Assembly: GCA_963812015.1 (NCBI GenBank)
Contig: CAWETI010000002.1
Location: 864,001-928,000 of the forward strand
DNA length: 64,000 nucleotides
Direction of reading: 5' to 3'
From: an uncultured delta proteobacterium
GTDB lineage: Bacteria > Desulfobacterota > Desulfobaccia > Desulfobaccales > 0-14-0-80-60-11
The translations under genes and the position numbers were made by a program. The notes beneath the pieces were generated by a model that ran no database searches, was not told the DNA's origin, and saw only the letters and a program-made list of their open reading frames with translations. This document shows positions 61,601 to 64,000 of the stretch, in pieces (within the stretch, counting starts at the first letter, position 1; each line of letters starts with the position of its first letter).

Positions 61601-61843
61601 CCCATCGTCATGACCTCCTTCGCCTTCATCCTGGGGGTGGTGCCCCTCATGGTCGCCGCCGGCGCCGGCGCCGCCAGCCAGCAGGCCATCGGCACGGTGG
61701 TCTTCGGCGGCATGCTGGCCTCGACCCTCCTGGCTATCCCGTTTGTGCCGGTGTTCTACGTGATCACCCAGCGCCTCAGCGAGCGCCGGAAGCAGGCGGC
61801 CCCCCCGGCGCCGCCTCCGGCCGAGCAGGGGGAAGGGAGTTGA
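58682..61843 (+). CDS. HAE1 RND efflux permease (AcrB/MexB family)
   Basis: FFIDRPIFA, GIVVDDAIV, KNAIL.VEFA, R.RPI.MTS; ATGA overlap. Confidence 0.95.
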   Translation: MISEFFIDRPIFANVIAIVTVILGLVCLFMLPVAQYPEIVPPTIQVTTMYPGASAEVIANTVGIPIEQAVNGVEGSIYMSSTSSSSGNYTLTVTFGVGTNLNASLTLVQNMVNGATAQLPETVQAQGVTVRKVSTNILQVISLYSDDDRYDATYLSNYGIINLQYPLGRLAGVGQVQVFGAGPYSMRVWLDPNKLKYYNLTTLDVVNAIQQQNVQVVAGRLGAPPVPPDQALQFTVNALGRLADVKQFQDIIVKSERSDQGETAQLVRVRDIARVDLDQQYYSNFGGLTGKQSAQIMVFALPGANALDVGDKVKAAMAEMSQTFPAGLKHGIYYDTTKFIGQAIHSVYVTLFEAGLLVLIVIMVFLQNWRAMLVPATTVPVTIIGAFAAMALLGFTVNLMTLFALILAIGIVVDDAIVIVENCSFYIEKGLHPREAAIKAMQELTGPVIGITLVLTAVFLPAAFMPGITGQLFRQFALVIASTAIISALNALTLKPTQCALWLRPHVKKEPNLFYRGFNQAYGVVEHAYVLLIQWMVERTGLMVLVFIAVIALAGWRFTQQPTGFLPTEDQGYAMVLARLPEGAAQPRVKRTSDQIDAILKRAQGVEAWVTVGGYSILDATNVSNIMTTFVIYQDWSKRGAKLTQDHIVGALQREFFAIQEAQVVVLVPPPIAGLGQSGGFQMMVEDRGSLGLGELEKATMEVIRAATGQSGLGGMATTFSARSPQIYLDIDRTKAESLNIPLNNVFDTLQAYLGSTYVNLFNKFNQVFQVYVQADAAYRLQPEDIKSLYVRNLKKEMVPLGTLLKINRTLGSELVTRYNLYPAASIFGGAAPGFSSGEALKLMGQVAQNTLPRGMAYDWTATSFQEKEVGNQAYFIYALSITLVFLVLAAQYENWFNPAAVILVVPIAMVGVLLGLMVRDFDNNIYTQVGLVLMIALASKNAILVVEFARELRESGMSITEAAVEATRRRFRPIVMTSFAFILGVVPLMVAAGAGAASQQAIGTVVFGGMLASTLLAIPFVPVFYVITQRLSERRKQAAPPAPPPAEQGEGS

Positions 61844-61881
61844 GGGCGGGTTAGACTCTCTGTAACGGCAGTTGTATCATC

Positions 61882-61949
61882 GGTAATAATCAAGATTTGA
61901 GCTGACCATCATCAAACCAATATCAGATTAGATCTGACATTTGGGACTA
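61882..61949 (+). repeat. 68-nt dispersed intergenic repeat, copy B
   Basis: Aligns ungapped to 43337-43404. Confidence 0.7.
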
Positions 61950-62111
61950 AAACTTTAAATTTCGCCAGGGTCTTAGATAGAGCTAAGATATCCATATCAA
62001 CCCACTTTAATAGGTTTTATAAGGGTTAATAGATAGCAGTAATCAACTACTTTACACTTGCAGAATTTTACGCAGAAATTCCACTTGATATATCTGTCTG
62101 CTAACCGGGCT

Positions 62112-63284
62112 TCAGGATATGCGTTCCGCCAGTTCTTTGATTACCCCCTCGCCGCCGCTAGCCCGCGTGAGGCCCCAGGCCACTTTTTGCACCTCAGGGT
62201 GGGCATCGGCCGGGGCAATGGGGAAACCTACCACCGCCATGGCCTCAAGGTCATTGACGTCGTTGCCCACGTAGGCTACCCGCTTAAGATCGCAGCCGTT
62301 CCGAGTACAGTAATTTTGCAAGGCGCCTCGTTTGTCATTGCAGCTGTCGATAATTTCCAGTCCCAGCTTGGCGGCCCGGGCCCGGACCACCGGGTTGGTT
62401 TCAGTAGTGAGGATCATCTGCCTAATCCCCAAGCGCCGGAGTCGCTCCACCCCCAGGCCGTCGGCCCGGTTGGCCAGAATGCCCTCGGTGCCGTCTTGCA
62501 GCACCAGGACCCGGTTGTCGGTCATCACCCCGTCGAAGTCATAAACCAGCAGATCCAGATCCCGGCTGGTTAGCCGCCAGTGGCCCCGCTCCGGCTGCCA
62601 GCGTGGCAGCAGCCTGGTCTCGAAATAGTAGCGGCAAACCTCTACATCCGGTAGGGTGTCGATCTCGAAAGATTTCCAGTAGGGCATCTCAAATATCTCA
62701 ATCCGCCCGCCCAGGCGGTTGCCATATTTCCTCAGGACTTCGGGGCGGAAGACATAGATGGAGCCGTTTTCTAAAAGCAAGGGCTCCCGGTCCTGGCGCA
62801 CCCCCCGGTTGGCGGGGTCGAAATTGAGGCCTTGCAGCACTCCATCGGCCCGGCTCCAAAGGCAAAAATCTTCCAGCACCGCGCCGGAAAAAAGTGAATC
62901 GGCGCCGCTCTGCCGGAGATGATGGACAGCTCCGTCGATGTCCTCCGGCTCTCTCACGGGCGAGGTGGCCTGAAGGAACACGACCAGGTGCACCGGGCCG
63001 ACGGCGGGCTCAATCTCGCCCAGGGCATGGAGTAGCGCTTCTTCGGAGGAGGACCGGTCCGTGGCCAAATCCGGCGGCCGAAGAATAGGCAGAGCGCCAT
63101 AGGCCTCCGCCACTTCCAAAATCTCCGGGTCGTTTGAGGACACGTAAACATGACTCACCGCGGCGGCGGCCGCGGACTGGAGGATACTCCAAGCCAACAA
63201 GGGCTTGCCGCAAAAGTCGATGAGATTCTTCCGGGGAATACCTTTTGAGCCACCCCGGGCAGGAATGATGGCTACGGTTTGCAT
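62112..63284 (-). CDS. Acylneuraminate cytidylyltransferase fused to a KdsC-like HAD phosphatase
   Basis: AIIPARGGSKGIPRKN, LQATSP, ENGSIY, then DFDGVMTD and YVGND.ND. Confidence 0.9.
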   Translation of the reverse strand: MQTVAIIPARGGSKGIPRKNLIDFCGKPLLAWSILQSAAAAAVSHVYVSSNDPEILEVAEAYGALPILRPPDLATDRSSSEEALLHALGEIEPAVGPVHLVVFLQATSPVREPEDIDGAVHHLRQSGADSLFSGAVLEDFCLWSRADGVLQGLNFDPANRGVRQDREPLLLENGSIYVFRPEVLRKYGNRLGGRIEIFEMPYWKSFEIDTLPDVEVCRYYFETRLLPRWQPERGHWRLTSRDLDLLVYDFDGVMTDNRVLVLQDGTEGILANRADGLGVERLRRLGIRQMILTTETNPVVRARAAKLGLEIIDSCNDKRGALQNYCTRNGCDLKRVAYVGNDVNDLEAMAVVGFPIAPADAHPEVQKVAWGLTRASGGEGVIKELAERIS

Positions 63285-63871
63285 CTTTATCGTCCTAAGC
63301 CAAGGTGCCCCAACAGACGCAGAAGTCTGAGGACCACAAGGTGGGGGAAGGGGCGGTAAGCCTTAAATTCCGAACCCCGGTCCGAAATTTCAAGTGCTAT
63401 TTAGTTCAGGCGCCCGGAACCAGTTTAAACTCATGTCTCATGATTTATGAACCGAGATTATGCATCAGCTTTGGTCAGCGCAATCCAAAAAAGGTTTTTG
63501 GGACCTCTTGCCCGGGGAAAATCACCCAAAGTTTCTATTATTGCAGCCAGCTGCTTTCGTTGGCTGCATGTTAACACAAGCTTCGCTATAAGCGTAATTT
63601 TTCCCTGAATTATTGGGATACCATACTCTCAGGGGCCATCAGCCAGTCGATTTTAGGAATGCCTTTTTAGGCTTTAAATTGAGAGTCGCCAGTAGATGAT
63701 ACCTTGCCACTAGAAAAACCTCTTTAGAATTTCAATTGGTTGTGGATATGATCTGAATAGCGACATTGACCTTCTGTGGGGGGATTTTCAGGTATTCATC
63801 TCGTTCCCCAGGGCAACGTGGGAACGAGATACATTTCCTCACCGGACAGTGCGGGCTCTTATCAGAAAAAA

Positions 63872-64000
63872 TCACGAAGGCCCGGGTTGGGCGAGCTTTT
63901 CGAACCGTTCCAGGGAGTGGCCCAGGCCGCCTTGCAGGTTGACTTCCCGAAGCCGTTTCAGACAGCGGCCTAGCTGGGACTTGCTCCCCAGGCCGGCGTA
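63872..64000 (-). CDS. 3' end of an unidentified gene entering from the right edge
   Basis: Open frame YAGLGSKSQLGRCLKRLREVNLQGGLGHSLERFEKLAQPGPS* in GC-rich sequence. Confidence 0.4.
   Translation of the reverse strand, partial: YAGLGSKSQLGRCLKRLREVNLQGGLGHSLERFEKLAQPGPS

Overview
GC-rich chromosomal window, probably from an anaerobic deltaproteobacterium (Desulfobacterota-like; inferred from gene content only). Core and metabolic genes: a selenocysteine formate dehydrogenase alpha subunit, an amino-acid dehydrogenase/2-oxoacid:ferredoxin oxidoreductase operon, tRNA-Gln and tRNA-Asn, rnr, hisD, folE2, greA, a Lon-like protease, an M32 carboxypeptidase, a three-glycosyltransferase cluster, two Mla/MCE-type ABC loci, a TetR-regulated RND efflux system and a CMP-nonulosonate synthetase. 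Most notable observations: (1) two near-identical 1189-bp IS110 copies whose ends, CT core, circle-junction promoter and four bridge-RNA guides can be read from the sequence; they target a dispersed palindromic repeat, and an empty target copy lies in the window. (2) Two divergent fluoride riboswitches, one leading a dynamin-like GTPase and one leading a CPA antiporter/USP operon, with no Fluc/CLC-F gene in the window. (3) An intact operon combining a solute-binding lipoprotein, an apparently catalytically dead histidine kinase, MlaE and an apparently dead ABC ATPase. (4) An AT-rich candidate defence gene bracketed by REP-like elements inside the por operon. (5) Several features missing from the ORF track: an integrase stump at tRNA-Asn, a nifU/nifS deletion scar, a Flp pilin and an unexplained 68-nt dispersed repeat. 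All family assignments come from motif recognition by eye; no database searches were run.
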